Positions 36,696 through 50,400 of a stretch of 64,000 nt of DNA are shown here, one piece after another (position 1 is the first letter of the stretch; each line of letters starts with the position of its first letter). The notes below the pieces were generated by a model. That model searched no databases. It had not been told where the DNA came from and saw only the letters and a list, made by a program, of their open reading frames with translations. The position numbers and the translations under genes were made by a program. This DNA is from Lama guanicoe (lineage: Eukaryota), in assembly GCA_013239625.1 (NCBI GenBank), contig MU053810.1, positions 3,235,518-3,299,517 of the forward strand, given 5' to 3'.

Positions 36696-38190
36696 AGGGG
36701 ATGTGGTTCTGCTGAGTGAAAGAAGCCAGACAGAAAAGTGTACATTATATATGAAAAGATAAGCTAATCTAGAGTGACAGAAAGTAAATCACTGGTCACC
36801 TGGGGCTGGAAGGTGGTGACAGCAAAAAAGCATGAGGGAACTTCTGGGGATGATAGAGATGCCCTGTACCTTGATTGTGGTGGTGTATGGACAAGGTACT
36901 TTTGTCAAAATGTGTGCATTTTATTATAATTATCAGGTAAATTATACCAAAAAAAAAGAGTAGGAGGTAGAAGGGACTGTGGGGCCAGAAATAAACTACT
37001 GTACATAAAAGCTTAGATCTGAAGGACACTTTGAAGATCATCTGGTCCAGTGTCTTCACTTTACAGAGAAGGGAAGTGAGGTCCAGAAAGAGGAGCTTCC
37101 AAAGGATGCTCTGCTAGTTAGTGACAAAACCAGGATTGGAACCCAGACTCCCGACCACAGGCTTTCTCTAAGAAAATTGGGGAGAAGGATGCCCTGGGGC
37201 TGTGTTCCACTGAGGCTCACTTAGATGTGAGCATGTCTGGGAATGAGGGCTGGATCATGAGAGCTGTCAGTATCCCTTGCACAAGTTTCCAGGGGTCTCC
37301 AGAGGTCAATATGAGAAATCAGATTTCTGTGCTCTGTTCCTAGTTCTGAGAGATGATGGACAAGTTCCTGTAACACATCCATAAGTCGGTGCCTATAATA
37401 AAGGTGAATGGAGCAATATTTATATGTAGAATTGAACACTGTGGGAAAAAATAAAAGAAGAACGGTTTCACCACAGCCACCTGTTGTCTGCAGTGCTGTC
37501 TCTGGGCCTCCTATGAAGCCATTGGTAGGAAAAGACCAGGAGGGCTGTGGAACTATTGAAACATTATTTACTTAAGTTTTACCTAGTTAGTAAGCCCACT
37601 TCTCAGGCTCCTAAGGTATGAATTATGGCAAGCCTTCCTAAAGTGCTCAATAGAGTAAGATAAGGTTGAAATAATAATAAATAATATTGACACCCACCCA
37701 TAATAATATGCAAATGTTAGAACATACTTAGGGAATTTGAAAAAATGAATACAGTTCATTCTCTACCTTTAGTATACTGTCTTTACTCAGAAAAAATGAC
37801 TTTGGACCTTGCCCAAAGTGTCTCAGATACTTATCAAATGTATTCAACTCTTTTGGATGCCAAAGAACTTTTTAAAAAATATCTACAAGAGACAGCAGAA
37901 TGCTGTAGGCTGATACGATTTTATGCTGGTACATCAGAGAGTAATACCCCAGTGATCTTGTGCAGTTACCCAGGGAACTACAGACTTGAGCTGTGGATGG
38001 AATCTGAACTGTTTGCTAACACTAAGCTACTTTTGAAATTAGTTGCCAAAACACTAAAAAATGAATCATTCAGCAAAGGAAGTTTTTTTTAAGAGAACAT
38101 CACTCTAAATAGATTTCTGAAACTTGGGGTTTTTTTTCATTTTCATTTTAGGTTTTTGTTATTTCCCCATTTTTCTAATACCAGTATCTT

Positions 38191-38381
38191 TTTATTATTA
38201 TTATTATTGAAGTATAGTCAGTTACAATGTGTCAATTTCTGGTGTGCAGCATAATGTTTCAGTCATATATATATGTACATATAATTGTTTCCATATTCTT
38301 TTTTACTGTATATAATATAGGTTAAAAACCAAATTTCTTCTGTATAGCACAGGAAACTATATTCAGTATCTTGTAGTAGCC
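38191..38381. mobile_element. Short L1 insertion with 5' inversion
   Basis: 38191-38304 matches the minus-strand L1 tail at ~58619-58726. 38305-38381 is the reverse complement of the next part of that element (~58733-58805). Flanked by a 17-bp degenerate TSD. Confidence 0.85.
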
Positions 38382-39093
38382 TCTAATACCGATACCTTAA
38401 AAATTATCTTATAGTAAACATCGTATTAAGGGAAGGAACATTGATTTGCATCTTGACTGTGTGGTTTTTCTGTCTCAAAGCTTCTGTTTGGGAGGAGCCT
38501 GTTTTTTCACAAACTTGAAATTCAGTTGCAGAGTAACTCCACTGGCCTGACACTAATGCCAGGTGGAAAGTGATGTATTTATGGAAATAATTCAAGCCAA
38601 AGAAATCTACTTTTGTTTGGATTACCCTAGCTGGGCAGTGCTTTGCTCGTGAATGGATTCCCCTTAGGTTAAGTTGGGTTAAAGAGGGTGAAACAATATG
38701 GGCTGTAAGGGAATCAGTCTGGGGCTCTCTTAGAGTTTAACCCCAGCAATCCTGCAAGCTTAGCTTGGTCTAAGCCATTCTCAACTAAAGACCTTTTTAA
38801 AAGTTACACTTTCACTCCATGGCTGCCATGTTTTGAAATATCTGGATTACCCAACAGGTACTATTATTCATAAACCTTGTAGCTTTCACTGAGGAACATG
38901 CACATTTTGGTAAGGTTTTTTTCGATAGCACATACAGATCACCAGCACTACCTTAAGAGCTAGTAGCCCAGTGTGACATGAAACTCACAAGGGAGATGGA
39001 CTAAAATTGCTAGGTCTTCTACATCTCTGCCGGCCTGGCTCCCACTTCCCACCGTCACTGCTATTCCTCTGGAACCTCCCATTCACACCATTG

Positions 39094-39576
39094 GTGAGGG
39101 AGGGAATCCCACCCTAGAGTTATGGGGATGACCAGACACACAACCCCTGACACTGGACAGATGAGATTGACAGCAGTTTATAGGTCACCTACACACACAG
39201 CCCGGGGGGAGGAAGACACAGCACATATGGCCAAGTGGAGGTTGCTCTTGGTAGCAGAATGAACAACCAGGAATTGTATTTGGGCACGGAAGGCAGGCTT
39301 CTTTGTAATATTATCAAGAGGGTGAGGTGCCCACCATCCTCACAGGAGAATGTGATTGTCTTGTTTGAATTCCAAGGGCTAGCAGAAACTGAAATCCACT
39401 ACTCAGGGATTAGCACCAGATCCATTTTATGAGGAGGGTTGTCTGGCTAGGGGACCTTATCCTCTGGAGCAGAGAGAGCAAAGGAACTTGTGCTTAGGCC
39501 ATTTGAGGTCTCCCATTTTTCCCTAGACATCAAGACATACATAAAGTTGGGCCTTAATTTTAGGCCTTATGCCACA
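39094..39576 (-). mobile_element. Solo LTR, probably ERVL class (MER76-like, tentative)
   Basis: On the minus strand begins TGTGGCATAAGGCCTAAAATTAAGGCCCAA. The family name is from memory. Confidence 0.5.
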
Positions 39577-41189
39577 ATAGCCAAGTCACGGCATTATTCT
39601 TAGACCACCATCTACAATATCCTCTCATAACTGGGAGAAAAAAAAAAAGTAAGGCGGAATGAAGCAAAGGATGCAGGACAAACCTTTCCAGTTAATAATT
39701 TTAATTGGTCACATAGCAGATATCTTCATGTGTCAGCACTGGACTGGGCCCTGAGACTTAAAGGTGAATGGAACACAGTCCCTATTTTGAAAAAGTCAAA
39801 TGGAGGAGAAATGGAAGACATGAGCAAATGGTCACAATACAGAGCGACGGATGCTGGAGAAAATATGTATGCCTGTGCTGGGGGAGCACAGTGATGGGGC
39901 TGGTCACCCAGGGATGAGGGCCAGTGGCCTCTGAGGTGGCCTTGAAGACTGAGTAGGAGTTTGCCCGTCAGAGAAAGGAAAGATGGAAGCATCATATCAG
40001 AGGAACCAGCATGACCAAAGGTGGAAATGATCACAGCATGTTAAAAATAAGTGACAAATAGTCCAGCAAGGGCTGGGGTGCAGAGGGGATGTTGTTAGCA
40101 TAGTGACTAGGGTGGGGTTGGGACTGACACTGTCACAGAGAGGCAGCCTGGGGTAGTTAGGAGCACCCTCCTTCCTCAACGTCTCCCTCCAGTCCTCTTT
40201 CTCCCTCAGGCATCTTCTCTTACTGCACAATTACATTCTGCCCTTATATTGTTGGGAGCTGGGGTGATGGGGGAGAGAAGACAGGTGATGAGAGGAGTGT
40301 GCTAAGGGATCCAGAATAAACTTCATTCACCTGACCATCTTACCAAAGGCGCCTCTGAATACACGTGCAAAATAGTGTGCCAGTCACTTAACATGCCAAA
40401 GGTCCCAGCCGTGGGCCAGGCCAGCTGGGTGCTGCTCAAAGCTTTGTCACCAGCGCTCAGATCACCTGACCTCTCTCTCATCCCCTTGTATTCCTTCTGC
40501 TGCTCTTGGAATCTTCTGCATGTTCTGCCCCTGCTCCCCTTGTCCAAGACAATTGACTCTATAAAAGCCATACATTTTTCTAGAGGCTGAGGAGGCAGGA
40601 ACCAACCAGCTAATTTTCCTGGAGTGGGAATAGGGGAGAGGGAGTTAAAGGTATTTTTATCCAGATCAGAAACTCTGCCATCAATGTTCCTAACTGAGAT
40701 GAATAGATCTTTGGGCTGTATTTATTTTCTTATTCAATTTTCTGCCTTCACATGTGCTAATCTCTTGGATTGCAGGTTACTTTCCCTTCCCCTCTCCCTA
40801 TGTTCTTAACTGGAAAGCTCCTACTTACCTTTCAAAATCTAGCTCAAAAGTCACCTCCTTAAGAAACCTCCCTCAGGCAAGCTCGTTGCTACCTCCTGGG
40901 GCTCCCTTAGCAGCTATTTTACACTTTTTAAAAAACACCGAACACACTGATTATAATTCTGTTTGCCTGCATTTTCTTCACTCTTATCTAAATTTCTGAG
41001 GCATCTTTGTTTCCATAGCAGCCAGCAATAACAGACACATAGTAGGTATTCAGTAAACCTTGAGTGAATAAAAGGGGATGAAAGCCAAAGAAAACATTTA
41101 AAAAATCATACATATGGATTAACGTTCCAACTACCAATTTACAAAAAATAGAGTACGGAAAAAGATGTTTTTCTTTTCTGCCGCTGCAG

Positions 41190-41670
41190 GATACAATCAG
41201 CAAAATCCTGAGAGAGGAAACCCTTTAGGACAAACAATCCAGTTTCTTAAAAAATAAATTGAAAGGGGTGAGGGAAGAGAGATGGAGGAAGACCAATGAT
41301 TTAAAAGAGACTTAGAAGACCCATCAAATAATTGCAAAGCCTGGATTTTATTTGGATCTTGCTTTTTAAAATATATTAGATTAAGGCATGTATGAGACCT
41401 TGGAAATTTGAACATGGGACATTTGATAACATTAAGGACTGATTGTTAATTGCTTAGGTGTGATAGTAGTGTTATGTTTATTTTGAAAAGAGAGTAGTCA
41501 TTATATTTTAGAGATAAGTTCTGAAATGTTTATAGGTGAAATAATTTAATGTCCAGAATTTGCTTCAAAATAATATGAGAGGGAGGAAGTGGCTTAGAGG
41601 GTGAATGGGGCAGGGCTGACCATGGGATTGATGGTTGGATAATGTTGAGGCTACATGATGGGTGGTGCTT
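41190..41670 (+). mobile_element. Old L1M (L1MC-type) 3' fragment
   Basis: agcaaaatcctgag...ggacaaacaatccagtttctt...aaagagacttagaagac...ttttagagataa...tttataggtgaaat...tttgcttcaaaataat. Confidence 0.6.
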
Positions 41671-43649
41671 TTGAAAAGAATCACAATATACATATTGTTG
41701 GCTATGCCTATAATTGTCATTGCATTGTTTAAGGAGTTTTTAAAAATCTTGAATGTTTTGCATTTACGCTTTTGTGGTACAGTAACTACTTTAATAACAA
41801 AATTGAAATTATAACTCCTCACCTCAAAATGAAAAATGTTTGTTCAATGTATGCATGTGTAGTTTTATTAAGTATTTGTGCCAGAATATTTTCCAAAGGA
41901 ACATCTTTATTTAAAAAAGATAAGTAAAACCAGTTAGAAAATAGAGGGTTTATATTTAGAAATTCATTTTCTTAGCCAATTTTTAGGAACACACCTGTTT
42001 TTGCAATATATATAATTGAATTTATCAAATAGTAGACTGTTTTAATATTTATTGCCAGTTGCAGACAGTTCCCTGGTGCAAAGCAAATTTGGAAAAATAG
42101 TTTCTAAGCACAATCACCAACAACGTTAGCAATAAGTAGATTTTAAAGTTTGTTCACTTCCACAAAGTCCAAAGTTCTATAAGGTAAACAGTGAGTTTCT
42201 GAGGGTGCTTATCAGTGTGGATAAACAAGGTGTGGTGATACCCACACAGGCAATGCTTCTGAAAGGAAAAAGAAAATTCATTGAATCAGTTTGCACAATA
42301 TTGGTTACTTAGCAAGAACATTTTATCATCTAATATCTTCAATGTAATATTGCTTTCAGTTTTTTTTTAATGAGAAATATCTTCTGAAACTTAAAGATTA
42401 AGTATCAAAAGCTTGGATTTTCTCTTGTCAGATTTGCCTCACCTAATCTGGGGATGAGGGGATATTATCCTGCACCTCCTTCAACTCTTACCCTGTGAAA
42501 TATGGATACTCAAGCAGTTGGTCCTTGGAACCAGTGGTTGCCATTAAATGTGTGTGTTTAGTTAACATAGCAAAGTTACATGTAAGAGTTTAGTTTTTAA
42601 GTTAATTAAATACTCAGTTTTAAATATGTCTCGAGGTTTTTTTTTTTTTACAATCTTGAGATTTTTTGTGTGTGAATGTTGCTGTATGACTGAGAAGTAG
42701 ATGGGGAGGTGAGAACCAACCCTTATTGAATGTCTGCTATGCCACCTAACATGCTCAGTTGCTTTTCAGATGTTGTTTCAATTAATCCTCCCATATGCAG
42801 TCAAGAACAGTTTTACTGTTACCACTTTGCAGATGGGGAAAGTAAGGCTCAGAGAGGACAAGACACTTGTCCAAGGTCACACAGCTTGGTGGTGGTAAAC
42901 AGTACATGAAGTCAAGTGTTGGTTACCCTGGTTTATACTGTTTTGTCCTTGTGCCCAATTTAATTATTTTCTCTTTAAGACTGTGAGCCCTTCAAGAGCA
43001 GTCTTTCATTAGTCTTTGGGACCTTCATGGTTCCTTAATCCAAGTGGGTTCTTAACAAATATTTGTTAGATAATCTCAACAAATCATGGCAGTGTCAACA
43101 TCATACAACTGTAACCTCCTTAGGCTTGGAGCTGGGATTCTTTGCCCACATTTTCCAAGCTCACCTTTGGAACTGACTGTCTATGATTATGTAATAACCA
43201 CTTAAGAAAAATGTTTGAGAATACATCTGGAGGCTTAAAATTACATAAAGAAAAAGTGGGGAAAAGAATGATGCCAAAGACTATGATCAAGGTTGAGAAA
43301 AATTGAGATTTAAATTTGGAAAATGACAAATCAACCAGAAAGGTTGATGCAGTTGGGACTTTAGTGTGCAGTCTCACTTCAGAACCAGTGGAGAAATTAC
43401 CAACCAATGGAAGAAAATTCCTTGAACACTGGGATTAAGTCAAAGCACCTGACGGTTCTGGAAGACAGAGTTTTCAGAGATAAAAATACAACAGATCACT
43501 CCCTGAACTCCGTTCCCCAGCCCATGGGTGTCTGTCTGAGTTCCCCTTGCTAAGGAGGACTATTTCCCTGGTGTGGCCTTATCTATGGAATCAGTGCAGC
43601 CTCATCAGAGTTGAGGCACATGAGTCAAACTGCCTTGTGCTTTGACAAG

Positions 43650-44097
43650 TGTGATGATTAATTTTATGTGTCAACGTCACTGGCCATGGGGTGACCAGAT
43701 ATTTGGTTAAGCATTGTTCTGGGTGTGTTTGTGAGAGTGTTTCTGAGTGGGATTAGCATTTGAATTGGTAGACTGAGAAAAGTCAATGGTCCTTCCAGAC
43801 CAAGTGGGCCTCATTCTCCATTGAAGGCCTGAGTAGAACCCAAGGTGAAGGGAGTAAGAGAGAACTTTCTCTCTGCCTGTGTTTGAGCTGGGACATTGGT
43901 CTTCTCCTATATTTGGACTTGGACTCAGACTGGAACTATACAATTGGTCTCTTGGGTGTCCAGCTTGCAGACTACAGATCTTGGGACATTTTAGCCTCTA
44001 CAATTGCATGAGCCAGTTAGTTATAATAAATCTGTCTCTGTCTCTTTTTCTCTCTCTGTATATATCCTATTGGTTCTATTTCTCCTGGAGAATCGAG
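43650..44097 (+). mobile_element. MLT2 (ERVL) solo LTR
   Basis: tgtgatgattaattttatgtgtcaac...gattagcatttgaattggtagactgag...gcatgagcca...ataataaatct...cctattggttctatttctcctggagaa. Confidence 0.88.
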
Positions 44098-45053
44098 GTT
44101 CATATAACAGGTGAGATATTAAATAATAGTTAATAATATTAGCTGCCATTTACTTCAGGCCCAATATCTCCTAGGGGCAGTACTCAACATTTTACACAAG
44201 TTATCTCATGTAATTCTTACAGAACCAAATGAAGAAACTAAGGTTGAGGAAGTTGTGATTTTGCAGCTAGAAGTTTCAAAACTGGGCCTTTCTGTCGAAC
44301 TCTAAAGCCCAGGGCTGTTCTCACAGGTGTGATGATGGGGGAGGATGGCCAGCAGTGTCGTGAGAGTGGATTTGTGTTTAACGAGCTCTTGTAGCAAAAG
44401 TTAGTAAGCATTCAGATTTACTGAGCAGCTGTGTCCCAGGAAGATGTAGAGAAAACTATGAAGACAAATGGAGGCCTGGCCTGTGACCCTCAATGAGCCC
44501 TTGAGCAGAAACTCAGTATTTAACATTCAGAGTACAAAGCCAAAAGTAAACTAACTTTAAGGTAGAGTCTGCATTTTCAAAGGAAGCAAACACAGAAAAG
44601 GAACAAATTGAGTAGATGAAGCTGGTGAAAAATTTGCCCCACTGTTTCTAGCACCTGCTCCTCTCTGTCTAGACTTCTTGCCTCAGTTCCTCCCTGGCCT
44701 GTGCACTGTGCCCAGCACAGCTACCATAGTCTTGCTTCTAAAGCATCAAGGCGACTGCAGGCTCTTTGAGGACAGTCCTGGGTTCCTGATGAGACTCCAA
44801 TCTGGAAGATGCTAAGCAAATATTTGTGGACTGTTCCAGGGATCAGAGCACCCTGAGTGAGAACTAGAGCCACCTTCATTATCTTCTCTTTTCCCATTGC
44901 CTGAGGAGCTCAGCCATGGAATGTGTGGGGACAGTGGCTGCTGCCATGCCATGCCAGTCCCTTTCTCACTTCAACTGCAGACTGACAGTTGTTTATATTA
45001 AAATATGAAAAGATTTTCTAAAGATAAACTAGTCTGTAGTTAGAAATCAGGAT

Positions 45054-45873
45054 CTTTTTAAAAATTGAAGTATAGTTGATTTACCATGTTGTGTTAGTTT
45101 CTGGTGTACAGCATAGTGATTCAGTTATACATATATATTCTTTTTCTTTTAGGTTATTACAATGTATTGAATATAGTTCCCTGTGCTATACAGGAGGACC
45201 TTGTTGTTTATCTCTTTTATATATAGTAGTTTGTATCTGCAAATCCCAAACTCCTAATTTATCCCTTCTCACCCCTTTTCCCTTTGGTAACCATAAGTTT
45301 GTTTTCTGTGTCTGTGAGTCTGTTTCTGTTATGTAGATAAGTTCATTTGTGTCGTTTTTTTTAGATTCTACATATAGTAATATCATATGATATTTGTCTT
45401 TTTCTGCCTGACTTATTTCACTTAGTATGATAATCTCTAGGTCCATCCATGTTGCTGCAAATGGTATTATTTCATTCTTTTTACTGACTGAGTATTATTC
45501 CATTGTATGTATATACCACAAGTTCTTTATCCAGTCATCTGTTGATGGACATGTAGGTTGCTTCTATGTCTTGGCTGTTGTAAATAGTGCTGCCATGAAC
45601 ATTGGGATGCAAGTATCTTTCTGAATTAGAGTTTTCTCTGGATATATGCCCAGGAGTGGGATTGCTGGATCATATATGGTAACTCTATTTTTAGTTTTTT
45701 TAAAGATTCTCCATACTGTTTTACATAGTGGCTGCACCAAATTATATTCCTACCAAAAGTGTAGGAAGGTTCCCTTTTCTCCACACCCTGTCCAATATTT
45801 ATCATTTGTGAACTTTTTAATGATGGCCATTCTGACTGATATAAGGTGATACTCATTGTAGTTTTGATTTGCA
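45054..45873 (-). mobile_element. 5'-truncated L1 (ORF2 C-terminus plus 3' UTR) with 12-bp TSD
   Basis: Frameshifted ORF2 remnants MQIKTTM..., VEKREPSYT and MDLEIIILSEISQAEKDKYHM. Exact flanking direct repeat AGAAATCAGGAT at 45042-45053 and 45874-45885. Confidence 0.93.
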
Positions 45874-47104
45874 AGAAATCAGGATGATAGTTATGTGGTG
45901 TGTGGAGCTAATACTGGGCACAGAGGGGTTTAGGGTGCTGGTAATGTTCTGTTTCTTGATAAAGTTGCTCATTACATGGGTTTATACACTTTGTGAAAAT
46001 TTGTCAAACTGTGCACTTATGATTGGTCCACTTTTCTGTATGTATGTTATACATCAATACAATTTACAAAAAAATGGTGCAGTGAAGTCTTTGAAACTTC
46101 TCTGTTAAAGAAAGTCTCTAAAATTGTGGGTTAACTCTGACATTGTTTCTTCATGAGAAGAGCTGAACTAAATTCTGAACTCTTGTAGCATTTATATACA
46201 AGCATCATGATGCTTTATGTCTTAATAGGAATGATTAGTCTTAAATTTTTTCTGTAAAATAGTTTTCATTTAGAAAGAAGTCCATTTACTAGCACTTTTA
46301 TAAGAATCATTTAATGAGTTCTGTATAGCTTAAAACTGCTTTTACATCATGTTTGCTTCCTTAGAACAAAACTGATTGCTACTTTGTAAAGGAACAGTAA
46401 ACAGGTCAATTTATGAAGGCCAATAGCTGATAATTTCTAACCCATCAATCTACTAATAAAATAAAACATGGGAAACCAAAATTCCTGGCATCAGAGTGAA
46501 ATGATAAAACTTCTTAAAGCCGCCAGTACTCTGATATCAAAAGCGTTCCCTGACACTGTGGGCCCAAGAAAGGAAATACACTTTTTGACATTTGTTCCAG
46601 TGTAAGGTGCATCACAGCTGCTCAGAGAACGCTGTGCCTACCATGTGATACAGTATCAGTAATGCCCTAAATTCAGACTCTGATAATACACTGTTGCATG
46701 ATTAAAATCAATATGCTAAGAGTTAAGTGAAAAATGGACAGATGTTATAGTAATGTATAAAACAGAGACAGCTCTCAAATCCAACCCATTAAAATGCTCT
46801 TCCTTTGCCGTGAGTTGAGTAGTGAATCTGTTTTCAGAAGCTGCTTAATTTCTTTCCAGATCTTCTACTTACATCCCCTGCCTTGGTTATTTTGTTGAGT
46901 AGAGATCAACTTACATCTCAAGGTCCCAAGTCAACTTTCCAGAAGGGGTCTCTTTTAAAGCCCAGTATTTCCAGAAGCGCCCTCAGCGTGCCCCTTCTTG
47001 TACAGGCTTTGTACAATAGTAAGAGCAGTAGTAGTGGTGGTGATGATGACAGCAACTGCACTAACACCTAACGCTCATACAGTGTTTTCTGTGCACTGGG
47101 AACT

Positions 47105-47460
47105 TGTTTTGTCAGCTCGTTCAGGCTGCTGTAACAGGATACCCCGTACCCTGGGTGGCTTAAAACAAAAAGCATGTATTTCTCATAGTTCCGGAGTCCG
47201 GGAAGTCCAAGTTCAAGGTCTGGCGAGATCCCGCTTCATGGAGTGGGAATGGGTGACTTCTTGTGTCCTCATGTGGTGGGGAGCAGAAGGAAAGAAAGCA
47301 AGCTCTCTTGTGTCTCTTCTTAGAAGGGCACTAAGCCCATTCACGAGGGCTCCATGAATCATCTCCCAAAGGCCCCGCCCTAACATCATCACACCAGAGG
47401 TTAGGACTTCAACATGTGAGTTGGCGAGGGTAGGGCACTACAAACGTTTCGTCCATAACA
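47105..47460. mobile_element. MaLR LTR (MLT1A-like)
   Basis: ttcaggctgctgtaaca...ctgggtggcttaaaacaa...tatttctcatagttccggag...gggaagtccaag...acttcaacatgtgag...gtccataaca. Confidence 0.85.
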
Positions 47461-50400
47461 GAACTGTTGTAGATGTTTTCTATAAAACCACTTAATCCTG
47501 CCAACAGCTCAGTAAGGCAACTCTTAAACCATCATCCTCATCATTGCATTTGGCAGGGGAGAAAACTGAGACACAGAGAAGAGAGGGGATTTGTTCGAGG
47601 TTATTTAGCTAGTAGGCCCAGCCCCAATTCCAGATTCTAATTTGATTGGTCAGGAATTTTTTAGTATTCCTTGGGCAATTCTAATGAATGGCCAGGGCTG
47701 GCCTCTGGTCTTGGCCCAGCATCCAACTATGCAGTTCATGAGAAGCTCTTGAGCAGACACTATACTTTGGTTCCTGTGGTCACAAACTGGTTAAAGGAAC
47801 AGTCAATGGAAGGACAACTCCTGTGAATGAAATAATGACAACCCATGGGCATTAGCCAGACACGAGGTTTTAGGCAAGGGCCTTGGGACTTAGTTTTTTT
47901 CATTTGCAAAGCAAAGGGTTTGACTTGAATAATTCCCTTCTTCCTTCCAGTCATGTGAGTCTATGAATGCAATCAATATATTAAACCCTTGATTATCCAT
48001 GAGTAGATGATCCACAGAAAATGTTTAATCTGAGGACTAGCTTCCTTCAGTCAACCTTCTTATCAATTGGTGTATGCCCAGGAATGCACATCAATTTGAT
48101 TTTTGGCCTAAGCAGAACATAATGAGGAAGGAAAGAATCATGTGTGTTTGCATGTGTGTACGTGTGAAAACCATTCAAAAGATAAATTAAATGATTTGGA
48201 GGGATTATCTGCTGTTTTGGATTATCCACATCACTGCCCCCTCCAAGAGCGTTGATAATTGAAAGTTGCCTGTAGACTGATTGCTGACAGCTGACGGATC
48301 TGTGTTGCCGAGGAAGCTATGGCTGTAAGCCAAGTAGCGACCTGATTAATTATCCTTTCCTTTGTGCTGTCCCAGCTCTCCATTCTCATCCCTCACCAGA
48401 GTGGTGTCCAGCTTCAGGGGCTCAGAAGAGAACAGTGAGCCCCTCCCAGATGAACAGCCCTTCTTTGCTGCGGCAGAAAGTACATTAGAGAGACTTCCCA
48501 TCTCTCCTCAGGTCCTTTGTGCGCTGCCCTACTCACCGACTCTACCTGAGATAATAATTAAGTGGAGGAGGCTCTGTCCAGCCATGCTGGCTTTCCACAT
48601 GGAGGGTTTCAGCAGAATGCTCTCTCTTCTTCAATCTGATGAATATGGAGGTCACTCAAAATAGCATGACAGAGGCTCCAGAGTAAGAATGAACTGATGG
48701 GGCTAAGAGGCTGAACCTTGTCCCCAGTGGCTCTACGCTGACTGGGCTTAAACAAGTGATTATCCTCCCATGTTTCAGTTTGGAGGGGCATAGAGAATTC
48801 TGATGGCCTTTTCTAAAACCAGTTCTAAACATCTGGCTTTTACAAGGGTATTAAATGAGCATTGAATTTATGACTGCAGGGCAGAGGCATTGATGGTGAA
48901 GTGTGTGGTCTCCAGTCTACACCACCTGCAAGAATGGCTCTGTATCAGAGAAGAGCCCACGTGCATTTCTCCACCACTCGGGCTCATATCAGGGCTGAAG
49001 AGTACTTCGCACCAGGGCAGTTTGTGGATTCCAGAGGCTTTCCCTGTCCACATCTCAGTGGCCTCAGCACAGAGTTCCCCCAGAGTTTACATTCTGATTT
49101 TTTACTGGGTATGCCCGCCAGGGGCCAGCTCTGCACTGGTCTGCTGGGGCTTTCCAGGGCTGGCTCTCCAGGGCTGGCCTCTGGGATGCGTCACCTTAAC
49201 CCTGGGAAACAAGCCCCTGGAAGAGGCTGGTTCTACTTAGCACCAGAGCCTTTCTTGGCCGATGGCTTTCCCTGTGGTGGAGTCAGGCAGACCTCCGGCA
49301 TCTGCGCCATCTGAGGTTCAGTGATGATGATGCTTTCACAGAGAACCAGTCTGATTTTGCATAAATTTCAAACAGATCTTTTAAGAGTAGGGTCCTATCC
49401 TGGGGGCAGCTGGAAGGGGACAGATTTCCTCTTAGAACTTGAGCTTTGAAGTGGACTCTGCCAGCTATCTTGCTCTGAGCATTTCATGAACGCCGTTGTG
49501 AACTGTAAATTGATTTGGGAGTTTGTCCAAATGGGCTGGAAAACACAGTTTTACTGTGTGGGGCGGCTCAGTGAAACCACTATTTTAAAACCACTGGAGG
49601 CCCACACAGCACCCCCTCCAATGAGATCATTCCAGACACTTCCTCAGGTCAATAAAAAGAACTTGAGCCTGTGTTTCTGTTAGTGGAATAGACAAGTTCT
49701 CAGGTACTTGGACACTGATTTAGGTATAGATTTGTGCTTAAACCACATAAACAGATTACTCTGGTATCTAAGCCATATAGATAACTTGATTTCACTATAT
49801 ATACCTGTCTGTAGATATAACTTATTAGCTTGTCTTAATGCCTTTCTTCCGAAGAACAATTTATTTAGCCTTTAGAAAACACATTGATTTTTAAATAATT
49901 ATATAGCTTTATAAAAGAACTTTAGCCTGGCTAAAGTTGTTTTGCTTGTCTGCACATTCCATAGATTTACTGGGGTGTAAATTACCAAACTGATGTTCTC
50001 TTTATCTGTTCACTAAATTACTTTATGACTTTACCTATTGCCCTAAGAATACTTGTTGTTAAATACGAAGACCTATTACGTTTTCCTAGTCATCAAAGGA
50101 ATGTAACTAGAAGGTAATGATTTTCTCCCATCAAAGAGTCATGTTAGCAAAGAAGCTAATGTGGCCACATATTGCTAGTGTGACAGCTAGGAACATATCC
50201 TGACACAGAATTATTTCTAAATAGGAGGAAAGGTTTTATGTACAAGTTACTCAGAACTACTCTATAATAATTTTTAAAAGTAAAAAAAAAAATCTATCCG
50301 GTTACATGGGAATCATTGAATGACTGGCCATATTGCAATTAAAGATGGCTCTAATGAAGAGCATTGAAAATGCTTATGACAGACAACTCAGTGAATAAAG

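Noticed and set aside
41009..41022. X-box-like GTTTCCATAGCAGC
   Set aside because: Mismatch in the key GCAAC half, and it lies in an apparent L2 remnant.
45186..45874. ORFs resembling reverse-transcriptase protein ends (also 58644-59116)
   Set aside because: Frameshifted fragments of 5'-truncated L1 copies, not functional genes.
48232..48247. CTCF-like motif (CTGCCCCCT), also near 9786-9800
   Set aside because: Only half of the core matches; the CCA/CCG half is missing.
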